From positions 3,168,001-3,232,000 of the forward strand of contig CAXXMB010000002.1 of the NCBI GenBank assembly GCA_963668675.2: a stretch of 64,000 nucleotides of DNA, read 5' to 3'. This document shows, piece by piece, positions 27,598 to 36,906 of the stretch. The notes beneath the pieces are model-generated. The model saw nothing but the letters and a program-made list of their open reading frames with translations, did not search any database and was not told the DNA's origin. Made by a program: the position numbers and the translations under genes. Numbering within the stretch: position 1 is the stretch's first letter; each line of letters begins with the position of its first letter. The stretch is from an uncultured Desulfatitalea sp. (GTDB taxonomy: Bacteria; Desulfobacterota; Desulfobacteria; Desulfobacterales; Desulfosarcinaceae).

Positions 27598-27720
27598 CCG
27601 GGCGGGCATAAAGCCCGCCCCTACACGGTTCGTGTATGGCGACAGGATGTGTTTCTACTCAAACGTCGTAGGGGCGGGCTTTATGCCCGCCCGTTACATC
27701 CGCTTAAGTTAATGACATTG
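27598..27720. repeat. REP-doublet MITE-like element, one terminal repeat retained
   Basis: Two inverted GTAGGGGCGGGCTTTATGCCCGCCC units, ends CTTAAGTTAATGACATTG; close reverse-complement copy of 51078-51200. Confidence 0.85.
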
Positions 27721-27745
27721 ACTTTCAACCCCCGGCGAAGCCGGT

Positions 27746-29374
27746 CTAAATATACCGCAAGAAGAGATTGGCAAGGCGTTTTTTGAGCCCTCGCCAGCTC
27801 TTCGTGACGGTTCTCTCCTCTTGTGCCAGCCAGGGGAAGCCGTGGGTCCGTTGCCAATGGTCCATGTACGCCAGCGTCTCCCGGTGCCAGCGGCGCAGGT
27901 CCCACCCCAGCGCCGGTCGGCACAACTTCCCGATCCGCGTCAGGTATGCTTTGCCGCCCTCGGGCAGCAGCAACCCGATGCGCACGCGTCGAAGCAAAAG
28001 ATCGGGGAGGTGCCGTACCGATTCGTTAGCAGCTGAATAGGGCAGCTCCGCCCACAGCGTTTTCGTACCGGGGATCGGTGTCAGGTCTTCGGGGCCAGCC
28101 TCTTGGACCAGGGTGACGGCGTTCCGACCGTATCGTCCGCACAACCGTTGCCAGGCGGACGCTTCGATGGCGCTCTTCGGGGGAGGGCTCTCTCCATCGT
28201 CGAATCCGCCTGTATCGGCCGACGGCTTGGCCATCTCGGGAAGATAAGATTGGGCAACCTTGAGCGCATCCAGCGCCACCCTGCGGTAGGTGGTCAGCTT
28301 GCCACCGGCAATGGTGACCAGCCCGCGCTCTTCCCACACATCGTGCTCCCGTGACTCCTCGGACGGGGACCGGTTGCCGCCGCTGCTGATGACTGGGCGC
28401 AGACCGGCCAGGGAGGAGATGCACTGCCGGATAGAGATTCCCAATGAGGGAAAGAGGGCGCGTACGCCATCGATCAGATAGTCGGCCTCCTCTTTGGAGA
28501 TGACGGGTTCGATGTTCAGATCCTCGTCGTGATCCAAATCGGTGGTTCCCACCAGGACGACGCCCTCCCATGGAATGGCGAAAATGGCCCGCTGGTCTTG
28601 GGGATGGATGAATGAGACGGCTTGATGCACTGGCAGGGCCTGCTTGGGAAAGATGAGATGGCTGCCCCGCAACGGCCTGAGACGCTTCTTTTTTTGGGGC
28701 TGCGGATGGAGTGCCTCGGCCCAGCAGCCGGTGGCGTTGATGACGGCTCGGGTTTCGATGGATCGGGTCTCTCCGGTCTCGCTGTCCTGCAGCGTTGCGC
28801 CGGTGACCACGCCCCGCTCGTCGCGGTTCACTGTCACAGCCGTAGTGTAGTTGCGTGCCGTCCCGCCGGCTGCTCTCCCCTCGGCGATCAGGCGCAGCAC
28901 CAGGCGTGCATCATCTACCTGGGCATCCCAGAACTCATAGCCGCCGCTCAGCTCTTTGCGGTCGATGAAGGGCACCCGGGCGACCAGTGCATCTGCTTCG
29001 AGAAATCGGTGCTGGCGTTTCTGGGCCAGCAGGTCGTAGATCGAGAGGCCGGCCTCCAGGGTCCAGCGGCCCGGGCCGCGGCCTTTGTAAACGGGAACGA
29101 GGAAGGCGATGGGGGCGACCAGGCCGGGCGCTTCGCTCAACAGTCGTTCGCGCTCCTTGACGGCGTCTCGCGTGAGCAGGAAGTGCCCCTCTTTCAGATA
29201 GCGCAGTCCACCATGAATCAGTTTGGACGATCGGCTGGAGGTGCCCCAGGCAAAATCGTGCTGCTCCACCAGGACCGATTTCAAACCCAGGCGGGCGGCT
29301 TCGTGGAATATCCCTGCGCCGGTGACACCGCCTCCGATGATCAGCAGGTCGCAGGTGTCGGGCAACTGCTCCAT
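27746..29374 (-). CDS. glpD: FAD-dependent glycerol-3-phosphate dehydrogenase/oxidase family
   Basis: IGGGVTGAG, GTSSRSSKLIHGGLRYL, DDARL, GTTD, AGLRP, GGKLTTYR. Confidence 0.88.
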   Translation of the reverse strand: MEQLPDTCDLLIIGGGVTGAGIFHEAARLGLKSVLVEQHDFAWGTSSRSSKLIHGGLRYLKEGHFLLTRDAVKERERLLSEAPGLVAPIAFLVPVYKGRGPGRWTLEAGLSIYDLLAQKRQHRFLEADALVARVPFIDRKELSGGYEFWDAQVDDARLVLRLIAEGRAAGGTARNYTTAVTVNRDERGVVTGATLQDSETGETRSIETRAVINATGCWAEALHPQPQKKKRLRPLRGSHLIFPKQALPVHQAVSFIHPQDQRAIFAIPWEGVVLVGTTDLDHDEDLNIEPVISKEEADYLIDGVRALFPSLGISIRQCISSLAGLRPVISSGGNRSPSEESREHDVWEERGLVTIAGGKLTTYRRVALDALKVAQSYLPEMAKPSADTGGFDDGESPPPKSAIEASAWQRLCGRYGRNAVTLVQEAGPEDLTPIPGTKTLWAELPYSAANESVRHLPDLLLRRVRIGLLLPEGGKAYLTRIGKLCRPALGWDLRRWHRETLAYMDHWQRTHGFPWLAQEERTVTKSWRGLKKRLANLFLRYI

Positions 29375-29518
29375 GCGTGCTCCCCAAATTTGTGTTCGAC
29401 AATTGGTTTATATCATATCATGATGCGTTTATGCGATAGTGGAGAGCACTATTTTAACTGCACTCAGCCGGATAGCGCCTCTCGCAGCCGTTGACACCCT
29501 CAGCCAAGGAGCGTTGCC

Positions 29519-31213
29519 ATGTACAAAGATCGTCCCGATCCGGGATGGTTCGGAGAGCCCTTTCCCGAGAAGAGCTACCGATCGATTTTTAAATGGGGTG
29601 CGCCGGGTCGCCACTACCATCCGAAATCCGGATTGGTCAGCCTCTTGCGTGAGCGCATGTCGCTGTCGACCGATGCGTTCACTGCACCTGTCAACACCGG
29701 GGTCACAGTGGTCGGGGAGTGTCCGTCTCCACGTCTTTCGCCCGATCATCTCTCTGCCCTTGCGGATATGGTCGGCCTGGAGAATGTCAGCCACGACGAC
29801 TACACCCGGGTTCGCTATGCCCACGGGCAGTCCGTAGAAGAGATCCTCAAGCTACGGCATGGGCAGCCCGACGCCTTGTCGGATGCGGTGGTGCATCCGC
29901 GTCACAAAGAAGATGTGCAGCGCATCGTGGCCTATTGCCACCACCACCGGATCCCCCTGACCGTATATGGGGGTGGTTCATCAGTCACGCTGGGCTTAAC
30001 TCCGGCCCGCGGCGGGGTGACGCTGGTCATGCAGACCCATATGAACCAAGTGCTCGATGTGAACGAGGTCAACCAGACCGCCACCGTCGAGGCGGGGATC
30101 CTTGGGCCGGCCTATGAGGCCGCTCTCAACGGTGCGCCCGGTCGTTTCAATTCGAAGCATCGCTACACCTGCGGTCATTTCCCCCAATCCTTCGAGTACT
30201 CCACCGTCGGCGGGTGGATCGCCACTCTGGGAGCCGGGCAGCAGTCCAGCTACTATGGTGACATTTATGATATCGTCGTCAGCCAGGAGATCGTCAGCCC
30301 CGTGGGAACCGTCACCACATCCGATTTTCCGGCCACAGCCACCGGCCCCAAGGTCAACGATATGCTCAAAGGCAGTGAAGGTGCCTTCGGCGTTCTTACT
30401 GCTGCAACCCTGAAGGTCTTCCGTGCCATGCCCGAAAACCGACGGCGCTTTGCCTACATGCTGCCCGGTTGGAAAGCGGTCGTTAAGGCTTCGAGAGCCA
30501 TCGCCCAGGGGGAGTTCGGCATGCCCTCCATGCTTCGCATTTCAGACCCCGAGGAGACCGAAGCGGCCCTTCACATCTATGGCCTGGGCGGGGGGTGGGT
30601 GGATCGACTGATGCGGTTGAAGGGACTCTTGCCCATGAAACGCTGCCTGCTGATCGGTCAGAGCGATGGAGAGAGGTGCTTTGCGCGCAACATTGCGCGG
30701 CAGAGTCGTCGCATCTGCCGCCGGCTGGGCGGGCTTTGGCTCAGCGGATATCCGGTCAACCGTTGGGCCCACAGCCGCTTTCTCGATCCCTACATGCGTG
30801 ACGATCTGCACGACATGGGCATTCTGATCGATACCCTTGAGACGGCCGTGACCTGGGACCGTATCGAGGCAGTTCATGAGGGTGTGCGCCAACTGATTAA
30901 GGCGCGGCCCCAAACGATCTGCTTGTCCCATGCCTCGCATTTCTATCCCCAGGGGACTAATCTCTACTTCATTTTCATGACGCCCATGACTGACGTGGAA
31001 GATTATAATGCTTTTCAGGCGGAGATCATTTCACGGATCGTGGCGTGCGGAGGATCGCTCAGCCACCATCACGGCGTGGGCAAACTCATGGGGCGGTGGA
31101 TGGAGGGGCATCTCGGGGAGGAGCAGATGGCGGTATTGAGAGCGCTGAAACGCCACTTTGACCCGCACGACATCATGAATCCGGGGGGAACGCTGGGGTT
31201 GGATGGCGGCTGA
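29519..31213 (+). CDS. FAD-binding oxidoreductase, alkyl-dihydroxyacetonephosphate synthase-like
   Basis: YGGGSSV, GHFPQSFEYSTVGGWIAT, GQQSSYYG, GSEG, DTLETA, SHHHGVG, MNPG motifs. Confidence 0.85.
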   Translation: MYKDRPDPGWFGEPFPEKSYRSIFKWGAPGRHYHPKSGLVSLLRERMSLSTDAFTAPVNTGVTVVGECPSPRLSPDHLSALADMVGLENVSHDDYTRVRYAHGQSVEEILKLRHGQPDALSDAVVHPRHKEDVQRIVAYCHHHRIPLTVYGGGSSVTLGLTPARGGVTLVMQTHMNQVLDVNEVNQTATVEAGILGPAYEAALNGAPGRFNSKHRYTCGHFPQSFEYSTVGGWIATLGAGQQSSYYGDIYDIVVSQEIVSPVGTVTTSDFPATATGPKVNDMLKGSEGAFGVLTAATLKVFRAMPENRRRFAYMLPGWKAVVKASRAIAQGEFGMPSMLRISDPEETEAALHIYGLGGGWVDRLMRLKGLLPMKRCLLIGQSDGERCFARNIARQSRRICRRLGGLWLSGYPVNRWAHSRFLDPYMRDDLHDMGILIDTLETAVTWDRIEAVHEGVRQLIKARPQTICLSHASHFYPQGTNLYFIFMTPMTDVEDYNAFQAEIISRIVACGGSLSHHHGVGKLMGRWMEGHLGEEQMAVLRALKRHFDPHDIMNPGGTLGLDGG

Positions 31214-31365
31214 GATCATATTTTATAGTAGCCCAGCCACTCGCCTGGCGATGATATCAGGTGGTTCAACTCATTGATGTTGGCGTTGCAGGACATCTGC
31301 CTGAATCGATCCTTTGCCTTCTTCATGCGTTCTATGATGTAAAATTATTCGATGTGAATTTTTAC

Positions 31366-31410
31366 TTGACAAAATATAAACTGAACGACAATTATATGAC
31401 TGGCCAGTCA
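31366..31410 (+). promoter_or_regulatory. promoter with TetR-type operator
   Basis: TTGACA at 31366 and perfect 14-bp palindrome TGACTGGCCAGTCA (31397-31410) just upstream of the tetR gene. Confidence 0.6.
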
Positions 31411-31434
31411 GTCAAGGCGAGGCGAGGAGGGGAT

Positions 31435-32085
31435 ATGCCCAAAGAGACCTTTTTCAGGATTGCCGAAGACAAGCGGGAGAGGCTTTTGCGCGAAGCGGCA
31501 GCGCTGTTTGCCGAGCGTGGTTACAACCAAGCCGATGTTGCCGAAGTGGCCAGCCGTGCCGGCGTTGCCAAAGGGTCGATCTACAACTATTTCGAGAGCA
31601 AAGAGGATCTCTACCTCTATGTCTGCAGGGACGGCATGCAGCGTTCCCGCCAGGCCATCTACGGTGATCTGGATCCCGACTGGGACATCTACCGCCAGAT
31701 CGAACACATTTTCAGGCAGGGGGCGCAATTCGTCGCCAGCCATTCGGAATATCTCATTCTCTACGCCAATATCTCATCGGCCGGCATGAAGCGTTTTTCC
31801 GACCAGATGTCCCTGGATGTTGAGAAATACACCGCCGACCATCTCAAACGGCTGATCCGCAGGGATATTCAAAAAGGGCTGATCCGCGATGACCTGGATG
31901 TCAATTTTGCGGCCTTTTTGGTGAACAGTCTCTATATCATCTTCATGACCTCGCTGGTCTCCAACCATTTTAAAGTCAGATTGAAAGAGTACCTGGAGAT
32001 CGAGGGCGAACTCACCGATCCGGCGCTCGAAACCCTTATCCAGAGAACCACGGAGATGATTAACAGTTTGTTGAAACCGGTTTAA
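31435..32085 (+). CDS. TetR/AcrR family regulator
   Basis: FAERGY...VASRAGVAKGSIYNYFESKEDL HTH; RBS GAGGAGG. Confidence 0.93.
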   Translation: MPKETFFRIAEDKRERLLREAAALFAERGYNQADVAEVASRAGVAKGSIYNYFESKEDLYLYVCRDGMQRSRQAIYGDLDPDWDIYRQIEHIFRQGAQFVASHSEYLILYANISSAGMKRFSDQMSLDVEKYTADHLKRLIRRDIQKGLIRDDLDVNFAAFLVNSLYIIFMTSLVSNHFKVRLKEYLEIEGELTDPALETLIQRTTEMINSLLKPV

Positions 32086-32219
32086 GATAAGGAAGCAGGA
32101 ACGTAGGAAAGTATGAAAGTGGTGGCATTCTGTCATTTTATTAGACCGGCAATTAAATAGACCATCCTCCGTAACTTTCATACTTCTCGCTATTAAACTT
32201 TAATATCAAGGAGTCTAAA

Positions 32220-33977
32220 ATGTCCGATACCACCGGCGGTCAGATTATCGCCAAAATGCTAAAGGCGGAAGGTGTCCAGAAGTTTTTCGGCATTATCGAC
32301 GGTACTTATCTGCAGCTCTTCGCCCACTGCGTTGAAGAGGGGATCGAGATGATCACGCCCCGTCATGAAGCGGTGGCAGCCCACATGGCAGGTGCCTATG
32401 CGCGCATGAGCGGCCGGTTGGGGGTCTGCATCGCCAGCAACGGTCCAGGCGTGGCCAACATGCTGGCCGGGGTGGCGGTGGAAAACGTGGAGGGCAACCG
32501 GGTGCTGCTGATCACCAGCTCCCGCCGCACCGGCATCAGCTACCCGGATCGAGGCGGCGCATACCAATGCTTCGACCAGGTGGGCGTGATCAAGAACATG
32601 GCCAAGTGGTCGGCCACCTGCGCCTATCCCGAACGCATTCCAGAATTGCTGAAAATGGCGTTTCGCAAGTGCTATCAGGGGCGACCGGGCGTGGTTCATC
32701 TCGATGTGCCCGAAAACCTGATCAACGGGCCGTGCCCCGAAGCACCCATCCTGGCGCCTGCCAACTATCGCCGTACCGAAGCCATCGCACCGCTGCCCAG
32801 TCAGCTCGAGCAGGCGGCCGAGCTTCTATCGGCGGCCCGACTGCCGATGATTCACGCTGGCAGCGGCATCATCCACGCTCAGGCCTTTGACGAGCTTCGC
32901 CAGGTCGCCGAGCTTCTGCACGCACCGGTGACCACTTCGTGGGCCGGCCGCGGCGTTTTGGATGAGCGTAACCCCCTGGCCTGGCCCATGGTGCACATCG
33001 ATGCCAACAACGCCCTGCGCAACAGCGCCGACGTCTGCCTCTGCCTGGGATCGGACATGGGCGAGACCGACTGGTGGGGCAAGGCGCCCTATTGGGCCAA
33101 GCGCTCAGAGCAGACCTTCATCCAGGTGGACATCGACGAAGAGCGCCTGGCACGGAACCGGGCCAATGACCTTGCCATCGTCGGCGACGTGAAGCTTTTT
33201 CTGCAGATGCTTATGGCAGCTTTGGAGAAACGTGCTTCAACCATGGACATGGACACCCGTAAAGCCAACGTTCAAAAGCTTGCCGGGATGAAGGCCGAAG
33301 ACCGCAAAACACTTGACGAAATGCTGGCCCTGCCGGGCGACCCCATGATCTCCTGCCAGGTGCCGAAAATCTGCCGTGAGGTGTTCGACGACGATGCGGT
33401 GGTGGTCTTCGACGGCGGCAACACGGCGGTCTGGGGCAACTTCTACACCTCCCTGCCCACACCCAATTGCCAGTTGGGGACCCACCACATGGGGCATCTG
33501 GGGGCGGGGGTCGGTCAGGCGCTCGGTGCGGCCGTGGCCCGGCCGGGAAAGCAGGTCTACTGCCTGATCGGCGACGGCGCGATGGGGTTCAATATGCAGG
33601 AGGTGGAGACCGCCGTGCGCCACGGCCTCAAGGTCATCTTCCTCGTCTTCGTGGACAAGGCCTGGGGCATGGTGAAGATCAACCAGATGTTTGCCCTGGA
33701 ACCTGTAAAGGATATGTTTAAAACCGCACTGGGCCCGGACAAGACCGGGACGATCAACACCGACCTTGGCGACATCGCCTGGGACCGGCTGGCCCGCTCC
33801 ATGGGGGCCTTCGGGGCCCACGCCAGCAGTGCCGAAGAGCTGCGGGTCGCTCTGGATGAGGCCCGCGAGGCCGATACCTGTGCGGTGATTCACTGCCTGG
33901 TGAATGCCGAGGCCCACATGATGGCACCCGGATTGATGCACTTCAAGGCCATGCACCAGGAGCCGCAGGGGGAGTAG
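32220..33977 (+). CDS. thiamine-diphosphate-dependent enzyme (acetolactate synthase/lyase-like)
   Basis: RHE, GPGVAN, RPGVVHLDVP, GDGAMGF; non-canonical FFGIIDGTY and DKAWGMVK segments. Confidence 0.9.
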   Translation: MSDTTGGQIIAKMLKAEGVQKFFGIIDGTYLQLFAHCVEEGIEMITPRHEAVAAHMAGAYARMSGRLGVCIASNGPGVANMLAGVAVENVEGNRVLLITSSRRTGISYPDRGGAYQCFDQVGVIKNMAKWSATCAYPERIPELLKMAFRKCYQGRPGVVHLDVPENLINGPCPEAPILAPANYRRTEAIAPLPSQLEQAAELLSAARLPMIHAGSGIIHAQAFDELRQVAELLHAPVTTSWAGRGVLDERNPLAWPMVHIDANNALRNSADVCLCLGSDMGETDWWGKAPYWAKRSEQTFIQVDIDEERLARNRANDLAIVGDVKLFLQMLMAALEKRASTMDMDTRKANVQKLAGMKAEDRKTLDEMLALPGDPMISCQVPKICREVFDDDAVVVFDGGNTAVWGNFYTSLPTPNCQLGTHHMGHLGAGVGQALGAAVARPGKQVYCLIGDGAMGFNMQEVETAVRHGLKVIFLVFVDKAWGMVKINQMFALEPVKDMFKTALGPDKTGTINTDLGDIAWDRLARSMGAFGAHASSAEELRVALDEAREADTCAVIHCLVNAEAHMMAPGLMHFKAMHQEPQGE

Positions 33978-34030
33978 ACCCAACATTAGGGACGTTTCGA
34001 ATGCCATTAGACCTTACAGGAGGATGATGT

Positions 34031-34957
34031 ATGGATGCAGCAGCCGTTGACCAGATCAGCCTCAACTTCAGCAAAGGCGGCCTGTTGGGCCTCAATATCG
34101 TGATCGGCCTGATGATGTACGGCATGGCTCTGGATATGAAACTGGACGATTTCAAGCGTGTTCTGCGTTCGCCCAAAGGCCCGGCCATCGGCCTGGTTGC
34201 CCAGTTTCTTTTCCTGCCCGCCTTCACCTATCTTCTGACCCTTGTCCTGCCGGTCACCCCTTCGATGGCGCTGGGCATGATGATGGTCGCGGCCTGCCCG
34301 GGTGGCAATCTATCCAATGTGATGACCTATCTGGCTGGCGGCAACGCCGCCCTGTCGGTCAGCATGACAGCGGTATCGACCGCTGCGGCCGTGGTGATGA
34401 CACCGCTCAATCTCTCCATCTGGGGCAGCCTCAATCCGGCCACCCATGCCATTTTACGAAAAGTGTCGCTCGATCCCCTCGATGTGTTCCAGACCATTAT
34501 CCTTATCCTGGGCATTCCGCTGCTCCTGGGGATCAGCACGTCGCGTTTCTACCCCCAGCTGGCCGACAAGATCCGCAAGCCGTTCAAAATCGTATCGGTT
34601 GTGATTTTCTGCCTCTTCGTGGCTGCCGCCCTGGGTGCCAACTGGCAAAATTTCCTGCACGCCATCGGTCTGGTGGCCTTCGGGGTCTTCGTGCACAACG
34701 CCCTGGCGCTCTTGCTGGGGTATACATCGGCCCGTCTCTTCGGCCTGCCCGAGCGCGACCGCCGGGCCGTGGCCATCGAAGTAGGGATCCAGAACTCGGC
34801 CCTGGCCCTGGTGCTGATCTTTCAGTTTTTCGCCGGATTGGGCGGCATGGCCATCATCGCTGGGTGGTGGGGGATCTGGCACATCATATCAGGATTGACC
34901 ATGGCCTTCTTCTGGTCGCGCCGGCCACTGGTGTCCGCACAAAAGGAGAGGGTTTGA
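34031..34957 (+). CDS. bile acid:sodium symporter (BASS) family transporter
   Basis: AQF..LP, ACPGGNLSN, GNAALSVSMT, EVGIQNSALA. Confidence 0.92.
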   Translation: MDAAAVDQISLNFSKGGLLGLNIVIGLMMYGMALDMKLDDFKRVLRSPKGPAIGLVAQFLFLPAFTYLLTLVLPVTPSMALGMMMVAACPGGNLSNVMTYLAGGNAALSVSMTAVSTAAAVVMTPLNLSIWGSLNPATHAILRKVSLDPLDVFQTIILILGIPLLLGISTSRFYPQLADKIRKPFKIVSVVIFCLFVAAALGANWQNFLHAIGLVAFGVFVHNALALLLGYTSARLFGLPERDRRAVAIEVGIQNSALALVLIFQFFAGLGGMAIIAGWWGIWHIISGLTMAFFWSRRPLVSAQKERV

Positions 34958-35952
34958 TGACAACACAACCGACGCCTTTTCAGGCGACCCAATATCGATC
35001 GGTCCTGATCACCGGCGCCGGCGGTTACATCGGCCGTCAGCTGGTGGCCGCCCTGGCAGCAAATCGTGGCAATCTGACCAGCATCGTGGCCACCGATCTA
35101 CAGCTGGTTCCCGAAGAGCAACAGCTGCCAGGCATCGATTATCTGGCAGCGGACATCTGCTCTTCCGAATTGGCCAATGCCTTCGAGCGATACAAGGTCG
35201 AGGTGGTGGTCCACCTGGCGGCGGTGGTGACGCCGGGCCTCAAGTCGGACCGCGAAATAGAGTACAAGGTGGATGTGCTGGGTACGGAGAATGTGCTTAA
35301 AGCAAGCATTGCCGCTGGTGTTAAGAAGTTTATTTACACCTCTAGCGGTGCGGCATATGGGTACCATGCGGACAACCCGGAGTGGCTGGTGGAGGATGAC
35401 GCCCTTCGTGGCAATGTGGAATTTGCCTATTCTCATCATAAGCGACTGGTGGAAGAGATGCTGGCCCGCTATCGGGATGCGCATCCCGAGCTGGAACAGC
35501 TCATCTTCAGGCCCGGTTTCATCCTGGGTGCCACCACCCGCAACCAGATCACCAACCTGTTCGAACAGAAGCGCATCGTCGGGCTGAAAGGCGCGGACAG
35601 CCCCTTCGTCATCATCTGGGACCAGGATGTGGTCGGCGCCATTTTGAAGGGCATCTTCGAGGGCGGCAGCGGCATCTTCAACCTGGCCGGCGACGGCATA
35701 CTGACGTTGCCGCAGATGGCCCGCCTGATCGGAAAGCCTTACATCGCCCTGCCGGTGTGGCTCGTGAAGGCCGCCCTCTGGGTCGGCAAACGTTTGGGAA
35801 TGACCCAGTACGGGCCGGAGCAGGTGCGATTTTTGCGCTATCGCCCTGTGCTGGCCAACCGTCGATTGAAGGAGGTCTTCGGATACATCCCGCAGAAGAC
35901 GACCCGACAGGTGTTCGACCATTTTCTGGAGAGCAGAAGCCATGCCAATTAA
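34957..35952 (+). CDS. extended SDR / NAD-dependent epimerase-dehydratase family
   Basis: ITGAGGYIG, HLAA, TSSGAAYG, YSHHK; TGATG coupling with the upstream gene. Confidence 0.88.
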   Translation: MTTQPTPFQATQYRSVLITGAGGYIGRQLVAALAANRGNLTSIVATDLQLVPEEQQLPGIDYLAADICSSELANAFERYKVEVVVHLAAVVTPGLKSDREIEYKVDVLGTENVLKASIAAGVKKFIYTSSGAAYGYHADNPEWLVEDDALRGNVEFAYSHHKRLVEEMLARYRDAHPELEQLIFRPGFILGATTRNQITNLFEQKRIVGLKGADSPFVIIWDQDVVGAILKGIFEGGSGIFNLAGDGILTLPQMARLIGKPYIALPVWLVKAALWVGKRLGMTQYGPEQVRFLRYRPVLANRRLKEVFGYIPQKTTRQVFDHFLESRSHAN

Positions 35953-36757
35953 GCGCGTCTTTGCAGAACAAACCGTCGTCGTCACCGGCGCGGCCGGCGG
36001 GATGGGCCTGGCCTTTGCCCGGCGCTTCGGGCAGGCTGGCGCCCGGGTGGCCATGCTCGATGTCAAGGCAGCGGATGTCGAAGCCGCAGCCGGCGCGTTG
36101 GCCCTGGAAGGGATCGACACCTTCGCTCTGGGGTGCGATGTCTCCGACGCCGAAAGCGTCGCCTCGGCCATGGCCAGGGTCATGGAGCGTTTCGGCGGCG
36201 TGGATGTACTGATCAACAATGCGGGTATCAGCGCCCGGGCCGCCTTTGAGGCGACTCACCTGGCCGTGTTTCACCGGGTCATGGGGATCAACTTTTTCGG
36301 AGCGCTCTATGCCACCAAGGCAACCCTGGGCAGCCTGAAACGGCGTAAGGGGCTGATCATCACCATCAGCTCGCTGGCCGGCTTCTCGCCTCTGCTGGGG
36401 CGCACAGCCTATTCGGCCAGCAAGCACGCCCTGCACGGGCTGTTCGACTCCCTGCGCAGCGAATTGCGCGGCACAGGCGTCGGCGTGCTCGTCGTATGTC
36501 CGGGATTCACAGCCACCGGCATCGGCACCTCCGCACTGGACGGGGACGGCTCGATTGCGAGCCATCCCCAATCCACGGTAGGCAAGCCGGCTACACCCGA
36601 TCAGGTGGCCGACCAGGTCTTTAAGGCCGCCCAGGAGAACCGGCGAATGCTGGTGCTCACCCCCATCGGCCGCCTGACTCGCCTGGTCAACAAAGTGTCG
36701 CCGCGGCTGTATGAATTCTTAATGGCCAGGTCGGTACGATCCGAACTGGAAAGGTAG
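35942..36757 (+). CDS. classical SDR oxidoreductase
   Basis: TGAAGGMG, NNAG, YSASK. Confidence 0.92.
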   Translation: MPIKRVFAEQTVVVTGAAGGMGLAFARRFGQAGARVAMLDVKAADVEAAAGALALEGIDTFALGCDVSDAESVASAMARVMERFGGVDVLINNAGISARAAFEATHLAVFHRVMGINFFGALYATKATLGSLKRRKGLIITISSLAGFSPLLGRTAYSASKHALHGLFDSLRSELRGTGVGVLVVCPGFTATGIGTSALDGDGSIASHPQSTVGKPATPDQVADQVFKAAQENRRMLVLTPIGRLTRLVNKVSPRLYEFLMARSVRSELER

Positions 36758-36773
36758 TGAGTAAAATCTTTTC

Positions 36774-36844
36774 GCAGGGGCGGGGATAAACCCCGACCGC
36801 CAAATGGAGCAGGATACCGGGCGGGGATAAACCCCGCCCCTACA
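36774..36844. repeat. REP-like doublet (GTAG type)
   Basis: GCAGGGGCGGGGATAAACCCCGACC...GGGCGGGGATAAACCCCGCCCCTACA; same family as 59798-59872. Confidence 0.8.
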
Positions 36845-36906
36845 CCGTTTGATTCGTTTATACTTTTTACGACCCTATTTTTTACGGGGAAAACAGGAGA
36901 GTAAAC

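Noticed and set aside
27598..27720. REP or AAAGT repeats as a CRISPR array
   Set aside because: Units are inverted doublets or dispersed copies, not direct repeats with regular unique spacers; no cas genes.
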